Positions 44,896 through 54,830 of a stretch of 64,000 bases of DNA are shown one piece after another. Every line of letters starts with the position of its first letter. Positions within the stretch are counted from its first letter, which is position 1. The DNA lies in assembly GCA_963763475.1 (NCBI GenBank), contig CAVXOR010000003.1, forward strand, positions 174,334-238,333, read 5' to 3'. The notes under the pieces were generated by a model. The model was not told the origin of the DNA. It did no database searches and saw nothing but the letters and a program-made list of their open reading frames with translations. The stretch comes from an uncultured Actinomycetes bacterium (lineage in GTDB: Bacteria > Actinomycetota > Thermoleophilia > Gaiellales > Gaiellaceae). The translations under genes and the position numbers were made by a program.

Positions 44896-45870
44896 CTAGT
44901 TGTGCGCGCACTTGCCGTAGCCGGCGCGAATCTGGTCGCGCTGGGCGTTCATCGAGCTCTCGAGCGAGACGTCGGACGAGTCGCGCTTGTCGTACGGGTG
45001 CAGGCCGGGCCCCTGCCACAGCACGTCGGGCGTCACGCCGGGCCCCGGCGCCGTGATCCGGTACTGCTCGCCCGTCCCGGGCCCGCGCTTGCGGATCGGG
45101 ATCGAGCGGGGATGGGCGTAGCCGCCGACCCAGGGGTTCCGCGCGTAGAAGCCGTAGCAGAACATCCCGGGCGGCCCGTGTGAGACGAACGAGTTCTCGC
45201 GCAGCCAGCCCTTGCCGTACGACGAGTTGTAGGTGTCGAGGAAGAGCAGGCGGCCGTAGCCATCGGTCGGGGCGCCCACGCGCGTGGTGCCGAAGCCGCG
45301 GATCCCCTTGCCCTGGTACGTGTACTGCCCGAAGACCTCCTGGAAGCGGCCGCCGTAGATCCAGTCCGTGTAGACGTCGAGCTTGGCGAGCTCGCCGGTC
45401 CAGTGGGAGAGGTGCAGCCACCAGGTCTTCTGCTGGCCGAGCCACGGCGCGAGGCCGAGGTCCGGCAGGGCCGTCTGCCAGCTCTGCAGCGCCCAGTACG
45501 AGCCGTTGCGCGCCTTGCAGGCGGTCACGAGCCAGGGGAGATCGGGCCCGTCGTACGCCGTGCACGTATTCTTGAAGTTCTTCCAGACGAGCCGGTGGTG
45601 CTTCCAGCCGCCCGAGTAGTCGAGCTTGAACTCGACCTGCTTGATCTTCGGGCTCGCGGGCCGCTGCCGCGCGTTCACCGCGCCCCACGCGAGCAAGTGG
45701 GTGACCGTGCCGCGGACGGAGTAGGTGACGAGCGCCGTGCCCTTCGCGTTGACGGCGAGTTTCACGTGAGAGGCGTTGCGCGCGACCAGCTGCGAGGCGC
45801 TCGCGGTGCCGGCGAGGGTCAGCGCCGCGCCGAGGGCGCAGACGAACGTAAGGAGTCTCACCTGCCGCAT
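44896..45870 (-). CDS. Hypothetical secreted protein (Trp/Tyr/Gly-rich)
   Basis: 324 aa; signal peptide MRQVRLLTFVCALGAALTLAGTASA. Confidence 0.65.
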   Translation of the reverse strand: MRQVRLLTFVCALGAALTLAGTASASQLVARNASHVKLAVNAKGTALVTYSVRGTVTHLLAWGAVNARQRPASPKIKQVEFKLDYSGGWKHHRLVWKNFKNTCTAYDGPDLPWLVTACKARNGSYWALQSWQTALPDLGLAPWLGQQKTWWLHLSHWTGELAKLDVYTDWIYGGRFQEVFGQYTYQGKGIRGFGTTRVGAPTDGYGRLLFLDTYNSSYGKGWLRENSFVSHGPPGMFCYGFYARNPWVGGYAHPRSIPIRKRGPGTGEQYRITAPGPGVTPDVLWQGPGLHPYDKRDSSDVSLESSMNAQRDQIRAGYGKCAHN

Positions 45871-45925
45871 TGCAGTCTCGTCATCGGCCTCCGCGGAGGC
45901 CGGCTTCTGCCCCGTTCGAGTGAAG

Positions 45926-48667
45926 CTACGAGGCGAGCCGCTCGTCGGCGGCGTCGTGCGCCACCGGCACCTCGAGCGGGAGCCCGAGGAAGACGTCGAC
46001 CACGTTCGGATCGAACTGCGAGCCCGCGCCTTCGCGAAGCCGCCGACAGGCCTCCTCGCAGCTCAGCCGCTTGCGGTACGGCCGGTCGGTCGTCATCGCG
46101 TGGAACGCGTCGCAGACGAGGATGATCCGCGCCTCGAACGGGATCTGGTCGCCGGCCTTCTTGTCCGGGTAGCCCGCGCCGTCCCAGCGCTCGTGGCAGG
46201 AGCGGACGATCGTGCGCACCTCGGCGAGCCGCTCGATCGGCTGCAGGATCCGCTCGCCCAGCGCGGGGTGCGTCTCCATGATCGCGCGTTCTTCAGCGGA
46301 GAGCGGGCCCGGCTTGAGCAGGATGCTCGTCGGGATCCCGATCTTGCCGATGTCGTGGAAGAGGGCGCCCAGCTCCAGCCGCTTCAGCTCGACCCCTTCG
46401 AAGCCCATCGCCTTGCCGACCCGCAGAGTCATGTCCGTGATCCAGCGGGTGTGCGAGGAGGTGTACTCGTCGTTCGCCTCGAGCGCGTTGGCCAGCGCCT
46501 CGACCGTGGAGACGAACGTCTCCTCGAGGTTCTCGTAGCTACGGGCGCGCTCCAGCGCGACCGCAGCCTGGTACGAGATCCCGCCGAGCAGGCGGAGGAT
46601 CTCCTCGTCCGTGTGCTCGCTGTCGGTGGTGGGCTCGCGAACGGAGATGAATCCTTCCAGTGCGCCGTCGGTCCGCAGTGGCGCGAGCGCGAGCTCGGGG
46701 CACGCGAGCCCGGGCGGGGAGGGAACGATGCGCTCGGCCTCCTCCGCGCACAGGAGGAAAGGCTCGGTGCGGTCGCCGATCGTCTCGCGGATCGCCCTGC
46801 TCGCGAGCGTGAGGTCGAGCATCGCCGCCGAGGAGGGGTCCTCGTCGTAGTCGGCATGGGCGCTGATCCGGAAGTCGCCGTTCTCGTCCGGCAGCCAGAG
46901 GGCGCACTTCTTGCCGCCCAGCAACCTCCCGGCCGCGCCGACGGTCTCGACGCCGATGGCATCGGGCGTGGCCGCCTCGGAGATCGCGCCGGTGAACTCG
47001 AGCAGCGCCTTCAGGTGGTCCGCCTCGCGCCGCTGCGCCTCGTACAGGCGCGCGTTCTCGAGCGCGACCGAGGCCTGGCCGGCCAGCACCTCGAGCAGGC
47101 GGACGTCGTCATCGTCGAACTGGTCGACGCCGAGCTTGGAGATCGCGATCACGCCAATCACGCGCGCGCCGTAGCAGAGCGGCACGGCGATCTGCGACTC
47201 CTCGATCATGTGCGTGCCGGGGATCATCACCGCGAACTCACACTCGAGCGTGTTCCCCACGAGCAGGGCCTCGGAAGTCCCGGCGACGTGGCCGGTGATG
47301 CCCTCGCCGATCCGGGTGCGCGGGAAGTCGACGCGCTCGCCGCTGCGCGAGAGCAGCTCGCCGCGGAAGGCGATCGGGACGACCCAGTCGCCCTCGATCA
47401 CCGAGACGCGGCAGTTGTGGTAGTCGATCAGCAGCCGGAGCTCGTCGGCGATCACCTCGCCGATCTTGCGCACGTCGTTCAGCCGGTTGAGCTTGCCGGC
47501 CAGGCTCTGGAGCATCTTCAGGTGCGCGATCGAGCGGACGTCGCGGCCGCTCGCCGGCTTGCCGTCCGGCCGCTCGCTGGACCGCTCGTCGAAGAGAACG
47601 ATCTGATTCTTGCCGCGCGCCTTGGCCGTCATCATCGCGGCCTCGGCGCAGGCGACGAGCTCGCGCGGGTTCATCGCGTGCTCGGGGCCCTGCGAGATGC
47701 CGACCGAGACCGTGACGTTGCCGGCCGGGCCGAACTCGACTTCGGCCAGAGTGTCCGTCAGCCGCCGCGCCAGCGCCTGCGCGTCGCCCGCGCCGCCGCT
47801 CGGCATGATCATCCCGAACTCCTCGCCGCCCAGCCGGCAGACGACGTCGGAGCCGCGCAGCGCGCCGCGCAGCAGCTCGGCCAGCTCGGTCAGCACCTGG
47901 TCGCCCGAGCCGTGGCCGTAGACGTCGTTGACGCGCTTGAAGTCGTCGATGTCGAGCATCAGCACGGCGACACTGTCGCGCGAGCGGTTTGCGCGGGTCA
48001 GCTCGGCCCGCAGGCGCTCGTGGAAGTAGCGGTGGTTGTAGAGGCCGGTCAGCGAGTCCGTCTGCGCCTGGTACTCGAGGCGCTCGCGGATCTGTGCGTT
48101 GTCGAGCGCGAGCGCGGCCGCGTCGGCGAAGCGGGTCGTCAGCTCGAACTCCTCGTCGCTGAAGCTCGCGTCCTCGCCGAGGCGGTAGATGTTGAGCACG
48201 CCCTTGACCAGGTCGCGCGCGATCAACGGGACGGTGATCAGGGCCTCCGCCTCGTCGGGCGGCGTTCCCGGCACCGTCTTCGTGCGAGGGTCGAGATGGG
48301 CCTGGTTCGTCCGCACCGGCTCGCGGTGGAGGGCGGCCCAGCCCGTGATGCCCTCGCCGAAGTCGGAGCGGCTCTCCATGATCTTCTCGGCCCACTTGTC
48401 GCGTGCCAGGACCGGAGTCAACTGGGTCTGCGAGTCGTCGGCCTGATAGATCGAAAGCGTGTCGTGCGGCACGAGCTCGGCGAGCGTGTCCGCGATGCGC
48501 TCGAGCAGGTTGTCGAGGCTGTGCTCCGAGAGGATGTCGTGGAAGACGTCCGCCAGCTGCCGGTACGACTGGACGAGCGAATCAGGACGCGGGGCTTCGG
48601 GGACGGTGGATTCGCCGTCCGGCGCATGCGCAGGCGCAACAGCCGCAAGGTGATGCCGCACGGCCAT
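45926..48667 (-). CDS. Multidomain c-di-GMP signalling protein: GAF - GGDEF - GAF(s) - HD-GYP
   Basis: 913 aa. GGDEF domain with an intact GGEEF site (RLGGEEFGMIM). HD-GYP domain (HDIGKIGIP, HERWDGAGYP). GAF-like segments flank the GGDEF domain. Confidence 0.9.
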   Translation of the reverse strand: MAVRHHLAAVAPAHAPDGESTVPEAPRPDSLVQSYRQLADVFHDILSEHSLDNLLERIADTLAELVPHDTLSIYQADDSQTQLTPVLARDKWAEKIMESRSDFGEGITGWAALHREPVRTNQAHLDPRTKTVPGTPPDEAEALITVPLIARDLVKGVLNIYRLGEDASFSDEEFELTTRFADAAALALDNAQIRERLEYQAQTDSLTGLYNHRYFHERLRAELTRANRSRDSVAVLMLDIDDFKRVNDVYGHGSGDQVLTELAELLRGALRGSDVVCRLGGEEFGMIMPSGGAGDAQALARRLTDTLAEVEFGPAGNVTVSVGISQGPEHAMNPRELVACAEAAMMTAKARGKNQIVLFDERSSERPDGKPASGRDVRSIAHLKMLQSLAGKLNRLNDVRKIGEVIADELRLLIDYHNCRVSVIEGDWVVPIAFRGELLSRSGERVDFPRTRIGEGITGHVAGTSEALLVGNTLECEFAVMIPGTHMIEESQIAVPLCYGARVIGVIAISKLGVDQFDDDDVRLLEVLAGQASVALENARLYEAQRREADHLKALLEFTGAISEAATPDAIGVETVGAAGRLLGGKKCALWLPDENGDFRISAHADYDEDPSSAAMLDLTLASRAIRETIGDRTEPFLLCAEEAERIVPSPPGLACPELALAPLRTDGALEGFISVREPTTDSEHTDEEILRLLGGISYQAAVALERARSYENLEETFVSTVEALANALEANDEYTSSHTRWITDMTLRVGKAMGFEGVELKRLELGALFHDIGKIGIPTSILLKPGPLSAEERAIMETHPALGERILQPIERLAEVRTIVRSCHERWDGAGYPDKKAGDQIPFEARIILVCDAFHAMTTDRPYRKRLSCEEACRRLREGAGSQFDPNVVDVFLGLPLEVPVAHDAADERLAS

Positions 48668-48984
48668 AGTTTCCCGGTACAGCGGGCACGAGTGATCCCC
48701 CGAAAAGGGGAACTTCAGAACGAGCAGATACGCCTCGATCGAGGCAGCCAGCAGGGCCAGGCCGTTGACCGCGACCTCGGTTCGGCTTGAGGCGAGCGGG
48801 CGGACGCGGAACCGCGGTCGCGGGCACCGCGCCCAGCACGAGCCACGGGGAGATGCCGCCTACCCGCGATTCCGGTTGGCTCGGGCGCTTTGCTTCCTCG
48901 TTTTGCTGCTCGTTGGTTAAGCGCTTGTAAGGACCTTTGTGCGAGACGCACCAAGCCCTTTCGTTCTCGCTAGCTTGGCCGTTG

Positions 48985-49887
48985 ATGACCGCAAATTCGC
49001 TCACGTTTCTCGACAACCGGGTGACCATCGTCCTGGCTGCCTTTGCCGCCGCCTGGCTAGTGTCACGCATCAGCGGCGCGGTGGCCGGCCGTGTCTTGAA
49101 CTGGCACGAGCGCCGGCACGTCGGCACCGACCCCGGTGAGACCGCCAAGCTGACCGAGGTCAAGCGGCACGAGACGCTGGTGGCCCTGATCCGCACGGGG
49201 ATCGCCTACGCCGGCTTCGCTGCGGCCGCCGTGCTCGCCCTCGCCGAGCTGATTGGCGGTGTCGACCGGCTGGCGGCCCTGGCGGGCGCGTCCTTCCTGC
49301 TGATCCTCGTCGGCTTCTCGGTCCAGCGCGTTCTGACCGACATCATCGCCGGCTTCGCGATGTTCTCCGAGCGCTGGTACGCGGTCGGAGACACGATCGC
49401 CGTCCCGACGCTCGAGCTGCAGGGGGTCGTTGAGGACGTCTCGCTACGCCGGACGAAGCTGCGCACGCTCGACGGGGAGTCGATCCACATCCACAACTCG
49501 CAGATCCCCGCCGTCAAGGTGCTCCCGCGGGGGGTCAAGGAGCTCGCGATCGAGCTGTTCGTCACCGACCGCGAGCGCGGCGCCGAGCTGATCGCGTTCG
49601 TCACCACGCTGCTGCCCGAAGGCCCGACCACCTTCGTCCGCAAGCCGTGGGTCGACGCCATCGAGGAGCTCTCGCCGTCCCTCGTCCGGATCGCGCTCCG
49701 CGCGACCACGGCGCCGGGACGCGAGTGGCTCGTCGAGAGCTTCTACTCCGACCTGCTGAAGGAGAAGGCCGAGCCCGGCCTGATCGTGCACGGGCCAATC
49801 GTGCTTGCGGTGGACGAGACCGCCTCGCGGAGCTTCGCCCGCGCCAGCGCCGCGATGCGCTGGCAGGCCCGCCGCGAAGCGGCTTAA
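48985..49887 (+). CDS. Small-conductance mechanosensitive channel (MscS family)
   Basis: TM helices plus the conserved beta-domain (YAVGDTIAV...GVVEDVSLRRTKLRTLDGESIHIHNSQI). The start may be 48937 or the ATG at 48985. Confidence 0.8.
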   Translation: MTANSLTFLDNRVTIVLAAFAAAWLVSRISGAVAGRVLNWHERRHVGTDPGETAKLTEVKRHETLVALIRTGIAYAGFAAAAVLALAELIGGVDRLAALAGASFLLILVGFSVQRVLTDIIAGFAMFSERWYAVGDTIAVPTLELQGVVEDVSLRRTKLRTLDGESIHIHNSQIPAVKVLPRGVKELAIELFVTDRERGAELIAFVTTLLPEGPTTFVRKPWVDAIEELSPSLVRIALRATTAPGREWLVESFYSDLLKEKAEPGLIVHGPIVLAVDETASRSFARASAAMRWQARREAA

Positions 49888-50921
49888 GCGGCCTCTTCTG
49901 CTTCCTCCAGCTCGCGCCTGAGCTCCTCCACCCTGGGGAGCACGGCGAGCGCGGGCAGGATCGGCAGCCAAAGGTTGAAGAGCCGGTAGACCACGACTCC
50001 GAGCAGGGCGCGCACGAACGGGAAGCCGACCCAGGTCAGCGCGAAGGTGAGCGCGATCTCGACGATCCCCGCCCCGCCCGCGGGCAGCGAGCGGCGCGTC
50101 AGCACGTAGCCGGTGGCGTAGCCGATGATCAGCGCCGGCAACGAGAGCCTCGGGTTGCCGAAGAGCTGCAGCGCGCCCCAGAGGCAGGCGATGTCCCCCG
50201 CCCAGTAGGCCGCCGTCCCGAGCAGGCCGAGACCGTGCTCGCGCGGGGGCGCGACGAACATCGAGCGCAGGATCGAGAGCCCGGCCACAGCGTGGGCAAA
50301 GGCCTGACGGACACGGCCGCCGCCCCTCGCTTGTGAGTAACGCGGCGCTCGCTTCGGCGAGGTCAGCCAGACCGCAACGAAGGCACCGGGGATCACGAGC
50401 AGCCAGGGCAGCGTCAGCGTCAGCGGCACGTCCTCACCGGAGACGAGCAGCGCGATTGCCGAGCAGAGCGCGGCCGGGGCGAGCACGGCGTACTCGAGCG
50501 CGCCGAGCGCGAGCACTCTCGCGACCGCGCCGTCGCGGTCCTCGCCCGCGCTGCGCAGGGCCCAGTAGTCGACCGCGAAGCCGCCGCTCGTCCGCGTGGC
50601 CGCGAACACCCCGAAGCCGGCGACCACGGTCTGCAGCGAGCGCCCGAAGCTCAGGCTGGGGCCGCCGTCGACCCTGGCCGTGTCGCGCACCGCGAGCACG
50701 TAGCCCGCATACGCAAGCAGCTCGCCGCCGAGGCAGAGCACCAGCCAGGCGGGGTGAAGGTGTCGCGCCGCGCGGTCGAGCCGCTCCCCGCCGGCGATGT
50801 CGGCGAGCCCCGCCACCGCTCCGAGCGCAAGCACGGCCGGCACCACGAGCACGAGCAACGGGCGGCGCTCGAGCCAGTCCCGCCCGCGGCGGAGCGGCCC
50901 TGGGCGGGTTGGCGGCGACAC
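49884..50921 (-). CDS. Integral membrane protein, flippase-like / LPG-synthase TM-domain (UPF0104)-like
   Basis: 345 aa with about eight TM helices. The family assignment is from general appearance only. Confidence 0.5.
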   Translation of the reverse strand: MSPPTRPGPLRRGRDWLERRPLLVLVVPAVLALGAVAGLADIAGGERLDRAARHLHPAWLVLCLGGELLAYAGYVLAVRDTARVDGGPSLSFGRSLQTVVAGFGVFAATRTSGGFAVDYWALRSAGEDRDGAVARVLALGALEYAVLAPAALCSAIALLVSGEDVPLTLTLPWLLVIPGAFVAVWLTSPKRAPRYSQARGGGRVRQAFAHAVAGLSILRSMFVAPPREHGLGLLGTAAYWAGDIACLWGALQLFGNPRLSLPALIIGYATGYVLTRRSLPAGGAGIVEIALTFALTWVGFPFVRALLGVVVYRLFNLWLPILPALAVLPRVEELRRELEEAEEAA

Positions 50922-51077
50922 GCTTCAACGCTAGTCGAGCCGGCCGCGAAAACGAGATCGACTCGTGACCGCCCTCGGACGACTTCAGTCGAAAGGCCGA
51001 TCATCCAAACAGGGTGATGGCGATTTCGGTCGCCCATGTGACGCTCGCCACCGCCGGGAAAGCGGAGAGGAGCAGAG

Positions 51078-52559
51078 ATGGCCACGCAGACATCGGTGTT
51101 GGCGGGGGTCGAGCCCAGGAGCTTCTGGGAGCACTTCGAGACGCTGACGACGATCGCGCGCCCCTCCCGCCAGGAGGAGCCGGTGATCGAGCACGTGCGC
51201 GCCTGGGCCGACCGGCACGGGTTCGAGCTGAAGCAGGACGAGGCCCGGAACCTCGTGATCGACGTGCCCGCGACTCAGGGACGCGAGTCTGCGCCGAAGG
51301 TGACCCTGCAAGGCCACCTCGACATGGTCTGCGAGCGGCAGCCGGACAGCCCGAACGACCCGACCGAGGGGCGCATCGAGCTCGTCCGCGACGGCGACTG
51401 GCTGACTGCCAACGGCACGACGCTCGGCGCGGACGACGGCGTCGCGATCGCCGCGATGATGGCGCTGGTCGAGGACGAGTCGGTCGAGCACGGCCCACTC
51501 GAGCTGCTGATGACGGTCGCCGAGGAGGTGGGCCTGGAGGGCGCGAACGGCCTCGACGGCTCGCTCGTGCAGGGCAGGATCTTCGTCAACCTCGACAGCG
51601 AGGAGGACGGCAAGCTGACCGTCGGCTGCGCGGGCAGCACCGACACCTGGGTGCGCATCGCGCAGGAACGCGCGCCGGTCGACGACGGCGCGGTCACGCT
51701 CTCGGCGACGGCGAGCGGCGGGCTCGGCGGCCACTCGGGCACGAACATCCAGCTCGGGCGCTCGAATGCCGTGAAGGTGCTCGGGCGTGCGCTGCGCGAA
51801 GCGTTCGCGACCGTTCCCTTCCGGCTCGTCTCGCTGGACGGCGGGAAGAGCCGAAACGCGATCCCGCGCGACGCCAAGGCCGTGGTCTCGGTGGCGCCCG
51901 GCGCCGAAGCTGACTTCCGCAAGGCGCTCGAAACCGCCACCGCGACGATCGCCGATTCGTTCGCGAAGACCGACAAGGGCGTGACCGTAGAGGTGGACTC
52001 GGCCCCCGACGCCTCCGACGCCTGGACCGACGAGAGCACCGCCTCGCTGCTGGACGCGGTCGCGCTCGTCCCGACGGGCCCGCTCGCGCTCAGCCCCGAC
52101 TTCGACGACCTGATCGAGACCAGCACCTCGCTCGGGGAGGCCGTCACCGAGGGCGACACGCTGACGCTGCACAGCCTCTCGCGCTCCTCGAACGACTCGG
52201 CCCTGCCCGAGGTGATCGGGGGACTCGACGCAATCGCCCGCCTCACGGGCGGGACGCTCGAGGTCAAGCACAACTACGGCGGCTGGCGACCGGACCTCGA
52301 CTCGCCCGCGCTCGTGGTGGCCCGTCGGGTCTACGAGAACCTCTTCGGCGAGCCGCCGATCGTCACTGCGGTCCACGCCGGCCTCGAGACGGCGGTCGTC
52401 GGCGACAAGGTCGAAGGGCTCGACATGATCTCGTTCGGGCCCCAGATCGAGGCGCCGCATTCGCCCGACGAGCGCGTGAGCATCCCGACTGCCGAGCGGT
52501 TCTATCGGCTGACGGTCGGGTTCGTCGAAGAGATCTCGAAGCCCGGAGGTGGAGCGTGA
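51078..52559 (+). CDS. pepD: Aminoacyl-histidine dipeptidase (M20 family, PepD-like)
   Basis: 493 aa; N-terminus and LQGHLDMV metal-ligand motif match PepD. Confidence 0.85.
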   Translation: MATQTSVLAGVEPRSFWEHFETLTTIARPSRQEEPVIEHVRAWADRHGFELKQDEARNLVIDVPATQGRESAPKVTLQGHLDMVCERQPDSPNDPTEGRIELVRDGDWLTANGTTLGADDGVAIAAMMALVEDESVEHGPLELLMTVAEEVGLEGANGLDGSLVQGRIFVNLDSEEDGKLTVGCAGSTDTWVRIAQERAPVDDGAVTLSATASGGLGGHSGTNIQLGRSNAVKVLGRALREAFATVPFRLVSLDGGKSRNAIPRDAKAVVSVAPGAEADFRKALETATATIADSFAKTDKGVTVEVDSAPDASDAWTDESTASLLDAVALVPTGPLALSPDFDDLIETSTSLGEAVTEGDTLTLHSLSRSSNDSALPEVIGGLDAIARLTGGTLEVKHNYGGWRPDLDSPALVVARRVYENLFGEPPIVTAVHAGLETAVVGDKVEGLDMISFGPQIEAPHSPDERVSIPTAERFYRLTVGFVEEISKPGGGA

Positions 52560-53164
52560 GCCGAACGCTCTGGATCGTGGTCGGGCTCATCGTCGGCCTG
52601 ATTCTCCTCATGTCGTTCACGGCCGCGGCCAGCAACGGCCGCGACAACAGCGGCGAAACCGTTCGCGCCGAGCGCTGGGCCGACGACGTGTGCGGCACCG
52701 TCGGCGCCTGGCAGGGCCAGCTGAAGGACATTCGCGAGGAGCTGCGGCACAACAACTGGGCCGCGCGGCGCAGCGACGGCTCGACCGGCGACTCGCAGGA
52801 GCAGGTCGTGACCGTCCACGACGCGGTCAACCGGGCGATGCGCGCCACGCAGGAGACGCTGCAGGAGGGGCTCAAGCGTGCCGGGATCCCGGACGTCGAC
52901 CAGGGCGAGCAGGCTTCGGCCATCGTCCGTCAGTGGGCTGACCGGACCGAGCTGAACCTCCGCGTAGCGAAGGCACAGATCAGGCAGCGGCCGACCTCGG
53001 TCGCGGAAGCGTTCGCCTCGCTAGTCCCGCCGATCACCGCGCTCGCCAGATCGGCGGTCGACGGTCGCGCGGCGATTGCCAAGGTCGAGGCGCTCGATTC
53101 TGAGCTCGAAGACGCGTTCAACCGCAGCGGAACCTGCAGGCGCCTCTTGGAGAAGAAGGCATGA
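52556..53164 (+). CDS. Hypothetical membrane-anchored protein
   Basis: 202 aa; N-terminal TM LWIVVGLIVGLILLMSF. GTGA overlap upstream and ATGA overlap downstream. Confidence 0.6.
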   Translation: MSRTLWIVVGLIVGLILLMSFTAAASNGRDNSGETVRAERWADDVCGTVGAWQGQLKDIREELRHNNWAARRSDGSTGDSQEQVVTVHDAVNRAMRATQETLQEGLKRAGIPDVDQGEQASAIVRQWADRTELNLRVAKAQIRQRPTSVAEAFASLVPPITALARSAVDGRAAIAKVEALDSELEDAFNRSGTCRRLLEKKA

Positions 53165-54720
53165 GGCGCCTGCTGACGATCGCCTTCGCCTGCGCGCTAC
53201 TCGGAGTCGCCGGCTTCATCGCGGTCTCCTCCTTCAACCCGCACAGCACTGGCGCCGCGACCACCACGTCGTCCACGACCGGCGCGACAGGACCGACCGG
53301 GGCCACCGGCGCAACCGGCACCACTGGCGCTGCCGGCGCCGTGCCCACCGCGCCGACGCCCGAGCCCGCCGACACCTCGACGAGCAGCAGCGACTGGGTC
53401 CTGATCGCGATCGAGGGCCTGATCGTGATCGGCTTCATCGCACTGGGCGTTCGCTCAGGCGGAATCGGCCTCGGGCTCTGGGGAGGCGTCGGCACGCTGA
53501 TCCTCGTCTTCGGCTTCGGCCTGGACCCGGGAGAGCCGCCCTTCGACGCGATGCTGATCATCATCGCGGTGATCTCTGCCGCCGCCGCGATGGAGGCCGC
53601 CGGCGGGGTCGACTACATGGTCACGATCGCGAGCAAGGCTCTGCGCGCTCGGCCCCAGTCGATCAACTTCGTCGCGCCCTACGTCTCGTACCTGCTCTGC
53701 ATCCTCACCGGGACGAGCAACACCTTCTACTCAATCATCCCGGTGATCAACGAGGTCTCGTTCGCGAACAGGATCCGGCCCGAGCGTCCGCTCGCGGGCT
53801 CTACCGTCGCTTCGGCGCTCGGAATTACCTCGAGCCCGGTCGCGGCGGCGATGGCGACGATCCTGCCGCTCGTCGAGGTCTACGACTACAACCTCGTCGA
53901 CGTCCTGCTGATCACGATCCCGGCGAGCATCGTCGGCATTTTCGTGATGTCGCTCGTGATGAGCCGTCACGGCACCGACCTCGAACAAGACGCGGAATAC
54001 CAGCGGCGGCTCCAGGCAGGCCACGTGACCCCGCCGAAGGCTTCGAGCGACATCCAGCTGATGGCCTACGCCAAGCGCAGCGTCGCGATCTTCCTCGGCG
54101 CGGTGCTCGTGATCTGCATCTTCGGCCTCTTCGAAGGCATCCGGCCGACGGTCGCAGCGGAGGAGGGCGGCGGGCTCGAGCCGCTCGCGGTAACGCCGAT
54201 CATCCAGATGGTGATGCTGACGGCCGGCGCGTTGATCCTGCTGCTGTGCAAGGTCAAGGCGTCGGACATCCCGAACATGCCGATCTTCAAGTCGGGGATG
54301 GTCGCGATGATCGCGCTCTTCGGGATCGCTTGGATGGCCGACACGTTCATCGCGAACAACGAGGACGCGATCGTCTCGGCTCTTGGCGACCTCGCCGGCA
54401 AGTGGCCGTTCATGATCGCGGTGGCGATCTTCGGCGTCGCGGCGCTCACGACCAGCCAGTCGGCCGCAACGAGAACCATGGTCCCGCTCGGGTTAGCACT
54501 CGGCATAGGCGCGGGCTACATGATCGCGATGTGGACCGCGGTTTCCGGCGTGCTCTTCCTGCCGGCCAACGGCACGCAGATCGCCGCCGCCGAGGCGGAC
54601 ACGACGGGGACGACCACGCTCGGCAAGCGCGTCATCGACCACTCGTTCCAGCTGCCGCTGCAGATCGCGTGGATCACGACTGCGCTCGTCGGCATGGCGA
54701 TCGTGGCGATCTTCCACTAG
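53161..54720 (+). CDS. Anaerobic C4-dicarboxylate transporter (DcuA/DcuB family) with an ~80-aa N-terminal extension
   Basis: The Dcu core starts at about aa 85 (DWVLIAIEGLIVIGFIALGVRSGGIGLGLWGG...). The extension is a TM helix plus a Thr/Gly/Ala low-complexity stretch. Confidence 0.85.
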   Translation: MRRLLTIAFACALLGVAGFIAVSSFNPHSTGAATTTSSTTGATGPTGATGATGTTGAAGAVPTAPTPEPADTSTSSSDWVLIAIEGLIVIGFIALGVRSGGIGLGLWGGVGTLILVFGFGLDPGEPPFDAMLIIIAVISAAAAMEAAGGVDYMVTIASKALRARPQSINFVAPYVSYLLCILTGTSNTFYSIIPVINEVSFANRIRPERPLAGSTVASALGITSSPVAAAMATILPLVEVYDYNLVDVLLITIPASIVGIFVMSLVMSRHGTDLEQDAEYQRRLQAGHVTPPKASSDIQLMAYAKRSVAIFLGAVLVICIFGLFEGIRPTVAAEEGGGLEPLAVTPIIQMVMLTAGALILLLCKVKASDIPNMPIFKSGMVAMIALFGIAWMADTFIANNEDAIVSALGDLAGKWPFMIAVAIFGVAALTTSQSAATRTMVPLGLALGIGAGYMIAMWTAVSGVLFLPANGTQIAAAEADTTGTTTLGKRVIDHSFQLPLQIAWITTALVGMAIVAIFH

Positions 54721-54758
54721 TTCTCCACGCTCAGGCTTAGCCGGCCGGCCCTGGCTAG

Positions 54759-54819
54759 CGGCGGGGGTGGGATTCGAACCCACGAGCGCCTGTTACGGCG
54801 CTAGCGGTTTTCAAGACCG
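54759..54819 (-). repeat. 61-bp perfect copy of the 3' part of tRNA-Ser(UGA) (att repeat); the partner copy lies within the intact tRNA at 59406-59466
   Basis: CGGCGGGGGTGGGATTCGAACCCACGAGCGCCTGTTACGGCGCTAGCGGTTTTCAAGACCG is identical at both sites. The copy at 54759 lacks a matching 5' acceptor strand. Confidence 0.9.
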
Positions 54820-54830
54820 GCGCCAACGCA

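Noticed and set aside
45776-48790. A 1004-aa plus-strand ORF
   Set aside because: It is antisense to the GAF-GGDEF-HD-GYP gene, which has clear catalytic motifs. The plus-frame product is low-complexity.
48668-48984. A possible riboswitch (for example c-di-GMP GEMM) in the 317-bp divergent intergenic region upstream of the GGDEF/HD-GYP gene
   Set aside because: I could not recognise any riboswitch consensus by eye, only a small hairpin (TCCCC-TTTTC-GGGGA). A covariance-model scan would be needed to claim anything.
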